Of a stretch of 64,000 nt of DNA, positions 1-11,390 are shown piece after piece. The notes under the pieces were generated by a model that searched no databases, was not told the DNA's origin, and worked only from the letters and a program-made list of their open reading frames with translations. How positions within the stretch are numbered: position 1 is the first letter of the stretch; each line of letters starts with the position of its first letter. Made by a program: the position numbers and the translations under genes. The stretch spans positions 480,001 to 544,000 of the forward strand of contig CAWGAA010000002.1 in the NCBI GenBank assembly GCA_963820525.1, in the 5' to 3' direction. This stretch comes from an uncultured Spirochaetota bacterium (GTDB lineage Bacteria > Spirochaetota > Spirochaetia > SZUA-6 > Fen-1364).

Positions 1-1191
1 ATTAGGCGGTAATGGGAGGAGCTCGTTGAAGAGGTGGTTGAGTTGGTCGACGCGCTGGGTATCGCGCCACACATGATCGAGCCCATCGACTACTATGTAA
101 AGTCGCTGTCCATTATCGGCGAGTTTAGCCGCAGCAATCCCAAGGGTGGGCCGTAGCTTATTGACATCTTCCGTAACACCCGCCATGACTTCAGGATGTC
201 GTACAAAAAGCTGATCTATCAGAGAAGTCGAAATATCGATAAATGAGATACGGTTGGAGCTCGAGTCCTCTGCTGACAAAAAGTAGTGGTGTCGCGTGAT
301 GGCCGCGCCTTCTTTTTGAAGCTTCAGCGTCAGATAGCTGAGGTAAGTACTCTTTCCGAGTCCTGGTGTTCCCCAAAGGATCGTAATTGGATTGTCATCC
401 TTCGATATGCGCTCGCGAAAGGATTTGTCGAATACTTTGTTGGGTGGGTTGTAACTATCTGGAACGGAAAAGTCTTGTCGAATTGATTGCGGTCGGCGTT
501 TCGTTATCAGTTGTGCAATATGCTCCCGCAGGATATGTCCATCTGGCTCTGGCAGGTTTTTGTACATTGCCCAACGCCTTACGTTGTGGCAGAAAGCTAT
601 CCAGCCTAGCGAATCTGTATCCGTCGGAACGAGTTGATCGCGCAAATAGTTTTCGTATCTGTCAAGGTCCAGCATGCCTCCAAAGAAATCGAAGGTACGC
701 AAGAAAACTCTGGCCTCGGCGATACCTCCGCATGCGCTCTCAACTGATTCTCGAATTTCCTTTGGCAAGAGGTCAATGTCAATATGTGAACCCTTTAGGC
801 ACTTGGCGAACGCCGCAGAGGGTTTGCGGTTAGTCTTGAGGCCTGCACTATGGATTGGGCCCATCGTGGCGAGACGGGCGAGAGACTTCGCCCACTTCTC
901 GAGCATCGAGGTCCCATTTTTTGTCTTCTCGAGAAGCCAGTCCCAACCTAGCTCGTTACGGTCTGAGTCGACCGTGAACTTGACCTGGAAGAGATCGTAT
1001 GACCCGTCCTTGCGTGCTGCAACAACGTCGTCGAGCGCTCGGAAACGAGTATCATCTGCTTCAAGTAGCACCCATGCATAAAGCTCCGGGTCTCGATACT
1101 GACGAATAAGTATGTCGATGCCAACGAGGTCTTGGTATTCATAACCGGCTCTTGGCATCGAGGCGGGCTTTATCCGGACTTTTGCCTTCAC
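1..1191 (-). CDS. Cap4/DUF4297-type PD-(D/E)xK nuclease fused to STAND/NACHT NTPase (Avs/bacterial NLR-like defence protein), 3' end beyond window
   Basis: Manual translation: open frame of 397 codons from GTG 1191 (GAGG RBS 9 nt upstream) to the window edge. N-terminal GYEYQD...LDDVV...FQVKF nuclease motif, Walker A GTPGLGKST, Walker B YIVVDGLDH. Not in ORF track. Confidence 0.8.
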   Translation of the reverse strand, partial: MKAKVRIKPASMPRAGYEYQDLVGIDILIRQYRDPELYAWVLLEADDTRFRALDDVVAARKDGSYDLFQVKFTVDSDRNELGWDWLLEKTKNGTSMLEKWAKSLARLATMGPIHSAGLKTNRKPSAAFAKCLKGSHIDIDLLPKEIRESVESACGGIAEARVFLRTFDFFGGMLDLDRYENYLRDQLVPTDTDSLGWIAFCHNVRRWAMYKNLPEPDGHILREHIAQLITKRRPQSIRQDFSVPDSYNPPNKVFDKSFRERISKDDNPITILWGTPGLGKSTYLSYLTLKLQKEGAAITRHHYFLSAEDSSSNRISFIDISTSLIDQLFVRHPEVMAGVTEDVNKLRPTLGIAAAKLADNGQRLYIVVDGLDHVWRDTQRVDQLNHLFNELLPLPPN

Positions 1192-1301
1192 GGTGCATTA
1201 CCTCAACAATATGCTACTGCCGGTTCTTTAAGAATCCCTATTCCCCAAGAGTTTCATAAAGAAGGGCTTGTCCCTCGCCTTCGCGTCCACTCCGCCCTTT
1301 A

Positions 1302-4300
1302 TCAGGCTACCGCCCATTCCTCGGACAACACTGCCGCCTGCTCCAATACAGTCTCGGTAGCTTTCTCCTGCTTGTCCGGCGGGTATCCGTATTTACGGAG
1401 GATTCTTTTCACCTGAACCCTGAGCTGGGCTCTGACATTTTCCCGTACGGTCCAATCGATGGTGACGTTTTTTCGGACATTGACTACCAACTCTCGGGCG
1501 ATCTTTTTCAAAGTGGGTTCGCCCAGGACCTTCACCGCGCTATCATTCGTCTCAAGGGCGTCATAGAAGGCCAATTCATCCTCGTTCAGCCCAAGATCGA
1601 CGCCCCGCGCGCTGGCCGCGTTCATCTCCTTGGCCAGACCGATCAACTCTTCGATCACCTGCGCGGTCTCGATGGCCCGGTTCTGATACTTCCTTAAAGC
1701 GTTCTGGAGCATCTCCGCGAAAGACCGTGCAATAACGACGTTCTTCTTAAACCGTGTCTTGATCTCGCCGGACAAAAGCTTGCGCAACATCTCCACGGCG
1801 AGGTTCTTCTGCGGCATGCCCCGGACTTCCTCAAGGAATTTGTCGGAGAGGATCGAGATTTCCGGCTTCTTCAAGCCCGCCATAGCAAAGATGTCCATCA
1901 CGCTGTCCGAAGAAATGGCGTTGGAGACGATCTGCCGGATTGCATGCTCAAGCTCTTCGTCGCTCTTGCTTTCCCCCTCGGCGCCCTTTGCCAGCACGGC
2001 GCGTACCGCCTGGAAGAAGCCAACGTCATCACGGATGCGCAGGGCTTCCTCGTGCGGCACGGCGAGCGCGAATGCCTGCGAAAGCTCAGTGACGGCGCTC
2101 ATCAAGCGCTTTTTCCCGTCTTTTTGTGCAAGGATGTGTTCCTGGGCTATTGGCACAAGCCCAACACGCTCCGCGGGCGTTCCTTTTACCCAGGGCGACC
2201 GGTCAAAGCCGTGGAAGAGCCCGAGGCAGACCTCGTACTTTTCAAGCATTATGGAGACGGCCTCGGCTTGATCAACCGCCGTGGTCCCCGTCCCGCCGCT
2301 TTCCGTGTAGATGGCCATGGCGTTCTTCAGCTCATCGGCAAGCCCGATGTAATCCACGATAAGCCCGCCCGGTTTGTCGCGGAAAACGCGGTTTACCCGT
2401 GCAATGGCCTGCATGAGGCCGTGCCCGCGCATCGGTTTGTCCACGTACATGGTGTGGAGACTCGGCGCATCGAATCCCGTCAACCACATGTCCCGCACGA
2501 TGACGATCCGAAGAGGGTCCCTTGCATCGCGGAATCGCTTGGCCAGCGCCTCCCGCCGGGGTTTGTTCCGAATGTGGTCCTGCCATTCAAGCGGATCCGA
2601 GGCGGAACCAGTCATCACGACCTTGATTTCTCCCTCTTCGTCTGTCCCCTGATGCCATTGAGGGCGCAGGGCCGTGATCTCCCTGTATAGTTCCACGCAG
2701 ATCCGGCGGCTCATGCAGACGATCATGGCCTTGCCTTCCATGGCGGCATTCCGCTCTTCGCAGTGCTTCACGATGTCACGCGCGATCAGCTTGAGCCGGT
2801 TCTCCGCGCCTACAAGGGCTTCCAGCCGGGACCACTGGCTTTTCAGCTTCTCCTTGCGCTCGACCTCTTCGCCCTCAGTCACCTCTTCGAACTTTGGATC
2901 GATGCGCGGCTTTTCCGCTTCCTTCAATTCGAGCTTGGCGAGCCGTCCTTCGTAGTAGATGGGCACCGTGGCGCCGTCCGCGACGGCCTTCCGTATATCG
3001 TAGATCGAGATGTAATCCCCGAAGACCTGACGCGTGTTCGCATCGACCTTCTCTATCGGAGTCCCCGTGAAGCCTATAAATGACGCGTTGGGCAGCGCGT
3101 CGTGCATGTGACGAGCGAATCCGTCTATGAAATCGTACTGGCTGCGATGAGCCTCATCCGCTATCACAACGATGTTTCGCCTCTCGGAGAGCGCCTTTCC
3201 GTCACCGCCCTCCTCTGGTACGAACTTCTGGATGGTCGTGAACACCACCCCGCCGCCGCCGACCCGGAGGCGCTCCCGCAGGTCAGCCCGGTTCTGGGCC
3301 TGTACGGGCTCCTGTCGCAGGCTGTCGCGGCATCTGGCGAATGTGCCAAATAGCTGATCATCGAGATCGTTGCGGTCCGTAATGACTATGATGGTTGGAT
3401 TCTCCATGGCGGCGTGGAGGATCGCCCGCCCGGCATAGAAAACCATGGTGAGACTCTTGCCGGAGCCCTGTGTGTGCCATACCACCCCGATGCGGCGGTC
3501 ACCCGCTGCGTCCTTCCCACCGGCCTGTGCAGGGCCTGACGCACGCAGGGTCTGCTCGATTGCGGCGTTCACCGCGTGGAACTGGTGGTAGCCGGCCATC
3601 TTCTTGGAAAGCGCGCCGCCCCCGAAGTCTTCAAAGACGATGAAGTAGCGGATCAGATCGCAAAGCCTTTCCTTGTGGAGGACACCCTCAAGCGTAATAT
3701 GCAGCTCAGGCAGTTCCGGCGGGTTTTCTTCCTGGCCCGTTATGGTCCTCCAAGGTTTGAACCACTCTTTCCCGGCCCCCACAGTGCCGATCCTTGCCAG
3801 CATGCCGTCGGATGCGATCATCGCCACGTTGTATGTAAATAGGGACGGTATCTGCGCCTGATAGGTCTTCAGCTGATTATAGGCCGTCCAGATTGTGGCA
3901 TTCTCATCCGCGAGGTTCTTCAACTCTATGACTATCAAAGGCAGGCCATTCACAAAAAGGACTATGTCCGGGCGACGTTCGATCTTTCCCTCTACCACCG
4001 TGAACTGGTTTACCGCCAGCCAGTCGTTGGCGTCCACATCCTTAAAGTCGATCACCCACGCCTGCGCCCCGGCTATTGATCCGTCCTTGCGTCGATACTC
4101 TACCGGCGCACCGTCCACGAGCATCCGATGCAAAGCGCGGTTCCTCTCCAAGAGTGAAGGGACGTCTATCCGAGTGATCTTGCGAAAGGCATCTTCAAGG
4201 GCTTCAGGAGGGAGCGACGGGTTCAGCCGCGTAAGCGCATCCCGCAGCCGGCGCTCAAGCACCACGTCCCGGTAGGTGGGATCACACCGTTCCGCGGCAG

Positions 4301-4406
4301 GCATTCCCACGGCAATGTCGGGACCATGGAGAACCGTGTAGCCTATACCCTCAAACCAGTCCAGCGCAGCTTCTTCTACTACCGATTCGGTGAAGGCATT
4401 CGGCAT
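1302..4406 (-). CDS. hsdR: Type I restriction endonuclease subunit R
   Basis: 1034 aa; [20 protein letters not shown] nuclease motif, [26 protein letters not shown] helicase motifs. Confidence 0.97.
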   Translation of the reverse strand: MPNAFTESVVEEAALDWFEGIGYTVLHGPDIAVGMPAAERCDPTYRDVVLERRLRDALTRLNPSLPPEALEDAFRKITRIDVPSLLERNRALHRMLVDGAPVEYRRKDGSIAGAQAWVIDFKDVDANDWLAVNQFTVVEGKIERRPDIVLFVNGLPLIVIELKNLADENATIWTAYNQLKTYQAQIPSLFTYNVAMIASDGMLARIGTVGAGKEWFKPWRTITGQEENPPELPELHITLEGVLHKERLCDLIRYFIVFEDFGGGALSKKMAGYHQFHAVNAAIEQTLRASGPAQAGGKDAAGDRRIGVVWHTQGSGKSLTMVFYAGRAILHAAMENPTIIVITDRNDLDDQLFGTFARCRDSLRQEPVQAQNRADLRERLRVGGGGVVFTTIQKFVPEEGGDGKALSERRNIVVIADEAHRSQYDFIDGFARHMHDALPNASFIGFTGTPIEKVDANTRQVFGDYISIYDIRKAVADGATVPIYYEGRLAKLELKEAEKPRIDPKFEEVTEGEEVERKEKLKSQWSRLEALVGAENRLKLIARDIVKHCEERNAAMEGKAMIVCMSRRICVELYREITALRPQWHQGTDEEGEIKVVMTGSASDPLEWQDHIRNKPRREALAKRFRDARDPLRIVIVRDMWLTGFDAPSLHTMYVDKPMRGHGLMQAIARVNRVFRDKPGGLIVDYIGLADELKNAMAIYTESGGTGTTAVDQAEAVSIMLEKYEVCLGLFHGFDRSPWVKGTPAERVGLVPIAQEHILAQKDGKKRLMSAVTELSQAFALAVPHEEALRIRDDVGFFQAVRAVLAKGAEGESKSDEELEHAIRQIVSNAISSDSVMDIFAMAGLKKPEISILSDKFLEEVRGMPQKNLAVEMLRKLLSGEIKTRFKKNVVIARSFAEMLQNALRKYQNRAIETAQVIEELIGLAKEMNAASARGVDLGLNEDELAFYDALETNDSAVKVLGEPTLKKIARELVVNVRKNVTIDWTVRENVRAQLRVQVKRILRKYGYPPDKQEKATETVLEQAAVLSEEWAVA

Positions 4407-5648
4407 CTACATTCTCCTTGCGATGAACTTCTCCGCGTCTTTGATGCGAAGCTCGCCCGAGATGAGCTTTGGCAATAGAGTATCGCGTAGCGTTGAGAGT
4501 GTACGTGACTGCGCGAAATTCATAAGTATTTTTTTTAAAATTGGTTCACCGAATAAATTAAATTTGTCTATCATTGCCTTAGGAGGAATTATTACTGGTA
4601 TTGAGAGAATTCCAGCAGCACTAACATTAGCCTGCGCTGTTCCGTACGATCTAATTTTTACTTTTACCTTGAAACCAGTATCGCGCGTTAAGCAATACAA
4701 AAAACTTAGTGCAGAAGTGCCTGGTCTCTCTAGAACAAATTTTGCCACACGTTGGTTTAGCAATGGCGGATTCTCTGTTGGAGGTACGAGTCCTACCTCT
4801 CCGACATAGCCAGTCATGCCGATGAGCAGATCTGCTGTATTCAATCGATATCGTTTTGCTTCGCCAGCTACTTCGTTTGATACGAAGCTGACTTCGTTCA
4901 GATCAACGACACCAGGCTTTACAGATCCAATTTTAACTACTGGCACCCCCTTTTCGACCCAATCTCTGCTTTTAAAAGCGTAGCCGCATAGAAGATTTGC
5001 GATATCACCGAGCACGCCCTCTCGCCAATCTTCGGGTAACCCATCTTGCGCTGGATCCACGAACCACGACTTGAAGAGTACTTGCGCCATCGCCTCTAGC
5101 GTTTCGTTCATCCGCCGGTTTAGCTCGATCTTGTCGTCCAGCGTGCCGAGGATGTGGGCGATGGCTGTTTGATCTGCCAAAGCCGGATGGGGTACATACA
5201 GTCTAGACAAGTCGCTGCCTCGAATTCCTGCTGCAGCAACCTGTTCAACGATACTGTTAATAGCTGCTCTACCGCTGGGTGACCGAAAAAAGTAGTAATA
5301 GAACAGTGGGTCGGCGATCTGACGATTCATTCTTGCTCTGATTAAGTGACCTTCATATGTGACCGGTTCCTTGGACCCAATGAATATGGAGCACTTTCCA
5401 GCGCCCTCAAGTACAAGTGACTGTCGTGCAAATAGCAAGTCACCACTTTTTAGGAAGTACTTATTACCTTCAGCTTCTGAGACGGCGACGCGGTCCATAG
5501 GGACATCCATTATTCGTGGGTGGGCAAACAGTTCGCCCATATTCACCATCTTATATCCCTGCCCACGTTCTCTTGCCGGACGCGTCAGTCCGTTCCTTAG
5601 TGGTTCATCAAGCAGCTGTACAAACTGGTGTTTTGAACTATCCCCCAT
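4407..5648 (-). CDS. hsdS: Type I RM specificity subunit S
   Basis: 413 aa; two TRDs separated by the conserved [32 protein letters not shown] helix; C-terminal [15 protein letters not shown]. Confidence 0.95.
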   Translation of the reverse strand: MGDSSKHQFVQLLDEPLRNGLTRPARERGQGYKMVNMGELFAHPRIMDVPMDRVAVSEAEGNKYFLKSGDLLFARQSLVLEGAGKCSIFIGSKEPVTYEGHLIRARMNRQIADPLFYYYFFRSPSGRAAINSIVEQVAAAGIRGSDLSRLYVPHPALADQTAIAHILGTLDDKIELNRRMNETLEAMAQVLFKSWFVDPAQDGLPEDWREGVLGDIANLLCGYAFKSRDWVEKGVPVVKIGSVKPGVVDLNEVSFVSNEVAGEAKRYRLNTADLLIGMTGYVGEVGLVPPTENPPLLNQRVAKFVLERPGTSALSFLYCLTRDTGFKVKVKIRSYGTAQANVSAAGILSIPVIIPPKAMIDKFNLFGEPILKKILMNFAQSRTLSTLRDTLLPKLISGELRIKDAEKFIARRM

Positions 5649-5855
5649 ACCCCAACTCCTTCAAGTTGGCGTTTATCGCTGCATCCAGTTTCTTGGCCTG
5701 CGCCTGCTGTTCCTTGAGGGTTGCGGCCAGCCGCTTCATTTTCTTATCGAAGGGCTCGTCGTCTTCCTCCGCGGCCTCAGCGCCGACGTACCGGCCGGGG
5801 GTGAGTATGTGGCCATGCTTCCTGACGTCGTCTAGTGTAGTGCGTCACAAATCTA

Positions 5856-5884
5856 TTGACATATGTCTCGCTTCCTTGTATACT
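5856..5884 (+). promoter_or_regulatory. sigma70-like promoter inside IS630 left end
   Basis: TTGACA-17 bp-TATACT, 9 nt before the transposase ATG. Confidence 0.6.
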
Positions 5885-5893
5885 ACCCTTGAA

Positions 5894-6961
5894 ATGAGCA
5901 GGAAAGCCCAAGCGATTATACTCTGCGAAGCCGAGCGCGGGACGCTGGACACGTGGAAACACAGTAGAAGTCTCCCTCACCGGCAGGTGATTCGCGCACA
6001 GATCATCACACGAGCGGCTGATGGCCAAGACAGTCAGGACATCGCCAGGGCTTTGCACGTGTCACGTCCCACGGTTCAGCTTTGGCGTCAGCGATTTCTC
6101 GCCCTGCGCGTGGAGGGTTTGCTGAAGGACGCGCCCCGGCCGGGAAGAAATCCCCGCATCTCAGCAGGAAAAATCAAGAAAGTGGTAGAGGCAACCTTGC
6201 ACAGTACTCCCGCAAACGCCACCCATTGGAGTACGCGGAGCATGGCCAGAGCACAGAAACTCTCCGAAGCCAGTATTCGCCGCATCTGGAAACAACACAA
6301 TCTCAAACCCCATCTGGTGGAAACGTTCAAACTCAGTCGTGATAAAAACTTCGTGGAGAAGCTGAAGGACGTAGTCGGACTGTATCTGAATCCACCGGAT
6401 AAGGCTCTTGTATTATGTGTGGATGAAAAGAGCCAGATTCAAGCGCTCGACCGAACCCAGCCGCTGTTGCCCATGCGGCCGGGTGTTCCAGCTCGTCAGT
6501 CGCACGACTATAAACGCAACGGCACGACAACGTTGTTCGCCGCTCTGAGCATGCTGGATGGACGGGTCATCGGTGATTGCATGCCACGGCATCGGCATCA
6601 GGAGTTCATCCGGTTTCTGAAAAAAATCGATGTCGAGACACCACCAGAATTGGAGCTTCACCTGATCGTGGACAACTACGGGACTCACAAACATGCTCGG
6701 GTGAAAGCATGGATTCAACGCCACCCCCGCTACCATCTGCATTTCATCCCGACGTCTAGTTCGTGGTTGAATATGGTCGAACGCTGGTTTCGTGAGATAA
6801 CCGATAAAAGAATTCGTCGTGGGACTTTCCCCAACGTCCAGACTCTGATTGCGGCTATTAAGCAGTACCTTGAGAATCACAATCAAAACCCGCAAGCCTT
6901 CGTCTGGAGTGCCCCGGTTGAGCGCATCCTCGCCAAAATCGCCAAATGTAAAGAAGCGTGA
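5894..6961 (+). CDS. IS630-family DDE transposase
   Basis: 355 aa from ATG 5894; CVDEKSQIQALDR, IVDNYGTHK, SSWLNMVERWF motifs. Confidence 0.95.
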   Translation: MSRKAQAIILCEAERGTLDTWKHSRSLPHRQVIRAQIITRAADGQDSQDIARALHVSRPTVQLWRQRFLALRVEGLLKDAPRPGRNPRISAGKIKKVVEATLHSTPANATHWSTRSMARAQKLSEASIRRIWKQHNLKPHLVETFKLSRDKNFVEKLKDVVGLYLNPPDKALVLCVDEKSQIQALDRTQPLLPMRPGVPARQSHDYKRNGTTTLFAALSMLDGRVIGDCMPRHRHQEFIRFLKKIDVETPPELELHLIVDNYGTHKHARVKAWIQRHPRYHLHFIPTSSSWLNMVERWFREITDKRIRRGTFPNVQTLIAAIKQYLENHNQNPQAFVWSAPVERILAKIAKCKEA

Positions 6962-7211
6962 GACGCACTACACTAGTTTCACCGCGGCACAGAAGCCAGG
7001 CACGTCCTTGTACTTTTCTTTTGTACTCTTGTCCCCGCGCCAGGCATGATAGGCGCCGGCGATCTTTGCTATGTCCTCGTCGGTCAGCTCCCGATGCACT
7101 CGGTCGATCATCGTCCCCATCTTTCGGGCATCGATGAAAAGGATCTCACCGCGCCGATCGCGGAAGCGGTGGTTCTTTTTGTCGCGTGCAAGGAACCAGA
7201 GGCAAACGGGT

Positions 7212-7242
<31 letters not shown>

Positions 7243-8543
7243 GCGCGACCATGCAGTCGACCAAATCGGCCTCGATGATGTTTTTCCTGATTTCCCCCTC
7301 GCCAGATTGGTTGGAGGACATCGAGCCATTAGCCAGTACAAAGCCTGCGGTTCCATTTGGCGACAGGTGATGGATGAAATGCTGGACCCAGGCGAAGTTG
7401 GCATTCCCGGCAGGCGGCACGCCGAACTTCCACCGCTTGTCGTCCTTCAGTTGATCCCCCCGCCAATCGCTGTCGTTGAAGGGAGGATTCGCCATGACGA
7501 AGTCTGCCTTCAGATCCGGGTGCTGATCGTTGTGGAAGCTGTCTCCATGGGCGATCTGGGCGTCTATCCCGCGGATGGCGAGGTTCATCTTGGACAGTCG
7601 CCAAGTGGTATAGTTGGACTCTTGCCCGTAGATGGCGATGTCCCCGATGCGGCCGCTGTGCGCCTCTATGAACTTCTCGCTGTTGACGAACATGCCGCCG
7701 GATCCGCAACAGGGGTCATAGACTCTTCCTTTATATGGGGCAAGGATTTCGACAAGCACACGGACGACCCTTGAGGGCGTATAGAATTGGCCGCCCTTCT
7801 TGCCTTCGGCGCTTGCGAACTGGGAGAGGAAGTACTCGTAGACCCGACCGAGAATGTCTTTTGCCCTATCCGCGGGGCTACCTAGGCCGATGTCGCTGAC
7901 TAGGTTTATGATCTGGCCCAATCGGACCTTGTCCAATCCGGGGCGGGCGTATTCCTTCGGAAGCACACCTTTCAGCGAGGGATTGTCCCGCTCGATGGCG
8001 GTCATGGCATCGTCCACGAGTTTTCCTATGGTGGCCTGGGGGGCTTTCGCTTTCAACGTGGACCAGCGCGCCTCCTCCGGCACCCAGAAGATGTTCACCG
8101 CGCGGTATTCGTCGGGATCCTCGGGATCAGCTCCTTCTGCTTTTGCTGCGGTGAGTTTTTCGTGCTGGGATTCGAACGCATCGCTTATGTATTTGAGAAA
8201 GATAAGGCCGAGTAAAACGTGTTTATACTCAGCAGCGTCCATGTTGTTCCGGAGGGCATCCGCAGATGCCCAGAGCTTGGCTTCCAGCCCATTTGTGGCA
8301 GATTCGTCTTTCTTGGCAGCTTTTTTTGCCATTATGTCCTCGATGAGTGCCGTATCAAAGTGCTCTAAAGATAACCTCATTGTGATTACGTCGCAAGCCG
8401 CAGGAAGGTAAGTTCGTCATCAGAAGAAAATGAAGTCAGCCGATTCCAATGCGTGAGGGGGCGAAGCGGAAAGCCCGGAGGCGCACCGCATAGGATAATG
8501 TTTTCACTTTTTAGGCGGAGCCGATACATAGTAAAGTGAAGTC

Positions 8544-10667
8544 ATGCGCCGAGGACTTGCAGCGGAGCACCCGACCCCTCACCCTGGCGCAGAGACTGGC
8601 CTGAACAGTAAGAATCGGAAGCAGGGTGAGGGGGCACGCCCTGAGGAAGAAGACTACGTCACCGACATCGGCTATGACGAGTTCGGGCAGCGTGTGAGCA
8701 TCGATCTGGGCAACGGCATCGAGACCACTTATACGTATGACGAGAACAGGCGGTGGCTGGATACCATCACAACAAAGACTGCGGATGCAGTCACCCTGCA
8801 GGGAATCGACTACAGCTTCGACCTGATGGGGAACATCCGGGGGACGACAAACACGGCGACGGCATTTGGCAAGGGCTACAGCACGTCCACGAGCTATGCC
8901 TATGACGATCTGGATCAGCTTGTCGTGGCCACGGGGAGTCTCACCAAGAGCGTGGACAGCACCTACCCCTGGCGGCCGGATGGCTGGCACACGCAGTACA
9001 CCTCCACCTACACCCAGAGCTTCTCCTTCGACTCGCTGGGCAACATGACGCGAAAGACGAGCACGGAAGCCAGCACGCCCCACGATCACCCCTGGGAGTC
9101 GCTGGACTATGACTTGAGCTACCAGTACTACGCGGGAAAGGCTCATCAGGCGGAGCGCATAGGCGACATGTGGTACCGCTACGACGCCAACGGGAACCTG
9201 GCTGAGGAGCGGCGGTGGGGACATGGACGGGAGCCGCTGGAGAATCCCTGGGTGAAAAGCTCCGGGGCGGTGGGGATGAGCAACCGGGGCTTTGGGCTTG
9301 ATATAGCGGGGGACACGCAGGCGGAGGCACAGCAGGAGAAGACGCATGAGGGTCAGCCCGGCTACGGGGATGCCGCGGGTAGGAGCTACAGCGAGCGGGA
9401 GTACGTCTGGGATGAAGAGAACCGGCTGGTGCGAACGGAGGAGCACGGGGGCCTGACGGTGGAGTACCGCTATGGGGCCGATGGCCAGCGTGCGGCGAAG
9501 TATTCCGCAGCCGGGGAGACTTTATACTTCGACAGCATGTGGACGGGCACGGTGGACTGGCCGAACGGCTGGCGGTGGAGCAAGAACATCTACGTTGGTT
9601 CCACCCGCATCGCCACGCGGCTGGGCTATGACGGGCACGAGCAGGATCTGGACTACAAGCTGGTGAACACCTATTACTACCACAGTGATCACCTAGGGAG
9701 TGTGCATCTGGTGACTGACTATCAGGGCAAAGTGTACGAGCACATCGAGTACACTCCCTATGGGGAGCTGTGGGTGGAGCACGGGCCCGAAGGGGTAGAG
9801 GCGGTGCCCTTCCGCTTCACGGACAAGGAGCTGGACGATGAGACGGGCCTCTACTACTACGGGGCGCGGTACCTCAACCCGAGGACCAGCAGGTGGATCT
9901 CAGCCGACCCGGCGATGGAAGCGTACCTGCCGGTGGTGCCGATTTCAGAGGAGGCGAGGAAGAGGAACGGGAACCTTCCAGGGATGGGGGGAGTGTTCAA
10001 TGTCGTGAATCTGGCGGTGTACCATTATGCGGGGAATAATCCGATAAAATATGTTGATCCAAATGGGTTGATACCAGTGGATGCTGCTTATGCAAGGGCA
10101 GTGATGCAGAATAGACAAAACCTGATACAGGCCCAGGATCTCACACGAGGGAATCCTAATTATTTCCCAGGAGGTGGTGGTCCATACAATAGGCCAGATC
10201 CAAAGAGTACTTGGTGTAATCAAGCGACCTTTGACATCATTGAAGCGACAGGCGTTCATATCAAAGCATTTGTAGGTGAGTCGACCAGGGGAAGGACCAC
10301 AGCAAATCAAGCGAGTCAACGAATGTGGTCAGCTGACTTATTCCAGGGAATAACTACTTCGCTCGTCGAGCTTAGCCCTGAACAAGCACAAAGCATGGCT
10401 AATGAAGGCTGGAGCGTTATAGGCATGTACTTTAATCCATCGGAGGGAGGTATTGGCCATCTTGCGACAGTACGTCCTTCGGACGAACCGTACGATGCTA
10501 AACTGGGTCCGTTGATTTCCAATGTAGGCGCTGAAATGGCAGTTATGTACGCTAAACGAGCTTTTGGAAAGGATCCATCCTCTTCGGAGGTTAAATACTA
10601 CTACTATCCACGACAGACCTTTATTTACGATGAAAAAAAGATTAATAGGTCATGGGGGTATGAATGA
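8544..10667 (+). CDS. 5'-truncated (orphan) Rhs/YD-repeat protein with C-terminal toxin domain
   Basis: YD repeats; Rhs core YYYHSDHLGS..YTPYGE..FTDKELDDETGLYYYGARY..NNPIKYVDPNG; ~199-aa AT-richer tail after DPNG. The first ~35 aa are not Rhs-like, so the true start is uncertain. Confidence 0.9.
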   Translation: MRRGLAAEHPTPHPGAETGLNSKNRKQGEGARPEEEDYVTDIGYDEFGQRVSIDLGNGIETTYTYDENRRWLDTITTKTADAVTLQGIDYSFDLMGNIRGTTNTATAFGKGYSTSTSYAYDDLDQLVVATGSLTKSVDSTYPWRPDGWHTQYTSTYTQSFSFDSLGNMTRKTSTEASTPHDHPWESLDYDLSYQYYAGKAHQAERIGDMWYRYDANGNLAEERRWGHGREPLENPWVKSSGAVGMSNRGFGLDIAGDTQAEAQQEKTHEGQPGYGDAAGRSYSEREYVWDEENRLVRTEEHGGLTVEYRYGADGQRAAKYSAAGETLYFDSMWTGTVDWPNGWRWSKNIYVGSTRIATRLGYDGHEQDLDYKLVNTYYYHSDHLGSVHLVTDYQGKVYEHIEYTPYGELWVEHGPEGVEAVPFRFTDKELDDETGLYYYGARYLNPRTSRWISADPAMEAYLPVVPISEEARKRNGNLPGMGGVFNVVNLAVYHYAGNNPIKYVDPNGLIPVDAAYARAVMQNRQNLIQAQDLTRGNPNYFPGGGGPYNRPDPKSTWCNQATFDIIEATGVHIKAFVGESTRGRTTANQASQRMWSADLFQGITTSLVELSPEQAQSMANEGWSVIGMYFNPSEGGIGHLATVRPSDEPYDAKLGPLISNVGAEMAVMYAKRAFGKDPSSSEVKYYYYPRQTFIYDEKKINRSWGYE
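8575..8633. repeat. 12-bp inverted repeat at the 5' break of the rhs fragment
   Basis: CCCCTCACCCTG (8575-8586) / CAGGGTGAGGGG (8622-8633). Confidence 0.5.
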
Positions 10668-11341
10668 TTAGGAAGCTCATCTTAATTCTTGTTGGCCTAC
10701 TATTGATTACAAGCCTTGGGACTTGTCAAGATAATCGGTCCATAGAAACAATTATGAAAAACGAATACCCAAAGCTTGTTCTTCTCACTTTCGCCAAAGG
10801 CAATTTCACCGGTTCAAAAAGTGAAGAATATATAGCTTTCTATGAAGATCCCAAAGAGCGAGTAGAGAAAGACAGTCCGGTGGTAATTGCAAAGGTAGTG
10901 ATCTTCGTATTAAAGAACTCAACGATAACTTCTGTCTACGATCTAGAAAATCTTAATATCTGGTCACTCGATTACAGTGAACGATACTTAAAGATAATTA
11001 AAAATCCACAACTTCAATTCGGAAGGTGGTCAGGATATGCATACATAGGAGATTACAATGGGAATGGGCTGGAGGAAATCCTTTTCTTTGAGTTAAGTGG
11101 TAGGTCTTTTTTACCAACAATAGTTGAATTTAACGGCAAAGAGTTTGGAACAGTTCTTAGTTTTCAAACATATACTGAAAGGTTATCTGAGATCTGGACT
11201 GAAAATCGGAACGGGCGGAAGCTGCTAAAGCTTTATGGGTACGGGGATGAAAATACACCGAAAGATAAAAGAGATTGGTATTTCTATGAATGGAGTAAGA
11301 CAATAAAGCGATATGAGATAATTGAGAAGGGGATTGAATAG
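10664..11341 (+). CDS. Probable exported immunity protein for the Rhs toxin
   Basis: ATGA overlap with the rhs stop; AT-rich; N-terminal signal/lipoprotein-like peptide MIRKLILILVGLLLITSLGTC. Confidence 0.7.
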   Translation: MIRKLILILVGLLLITSLGTCQDNRSIETIMKNEYPKLVLLTFAKGNFTGSKSEEYIAFYEDPKERVEKDSPVVIAKVVIFVLKNSTITSVYDLENLNIWSLDYSERYLKIIKNPQLQFGRWSGYAYIGDYNGNGLEEILFFELSGRSFLPTIVEFNGKEFGTVLSFQTYTERLSEIWTENRNGRKLLKLYGYGDENTPKDKRDWYFYEWSKTIKRYEIIEKGIE

Positions 11342-11390
11342 CTCTGGGAGAGCGGCGAGGAGCGAGATACTCCCTACGCGTACGGCATCC

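Larger units (their letters stand above)
5835..6973 (+). mobile_element. IS630-family insertion sequence
   Basis: Terminal IRs (CTA)GTGTAGTGCGTC / GACGCACTACAC(TAG); TA duplication at 5833-5834 and 6974-6975 within a CTAG target. Confidence 0.93.

Noticed and set aside
191..1416. Short ORFs listed in the track (61-148 aa)
   Set aside because: They are shadows of the long minus-strand nuclease-STAND frame and of the hsdR end.
5516..5893. 126-aa N-terminal extension of the IS630 transposase ORF
   Set aside because: It lies mostly outside the IS left IR and is antisense to hsdS/hsdM; the true start is ATG 5894.
8400..8545. Possible structured RNA between hsdM and rhs
   Set aside because: Only an 8-bp inverted repeat (TTCACTTT/AAAGTGAA) is visible; insufficient support.
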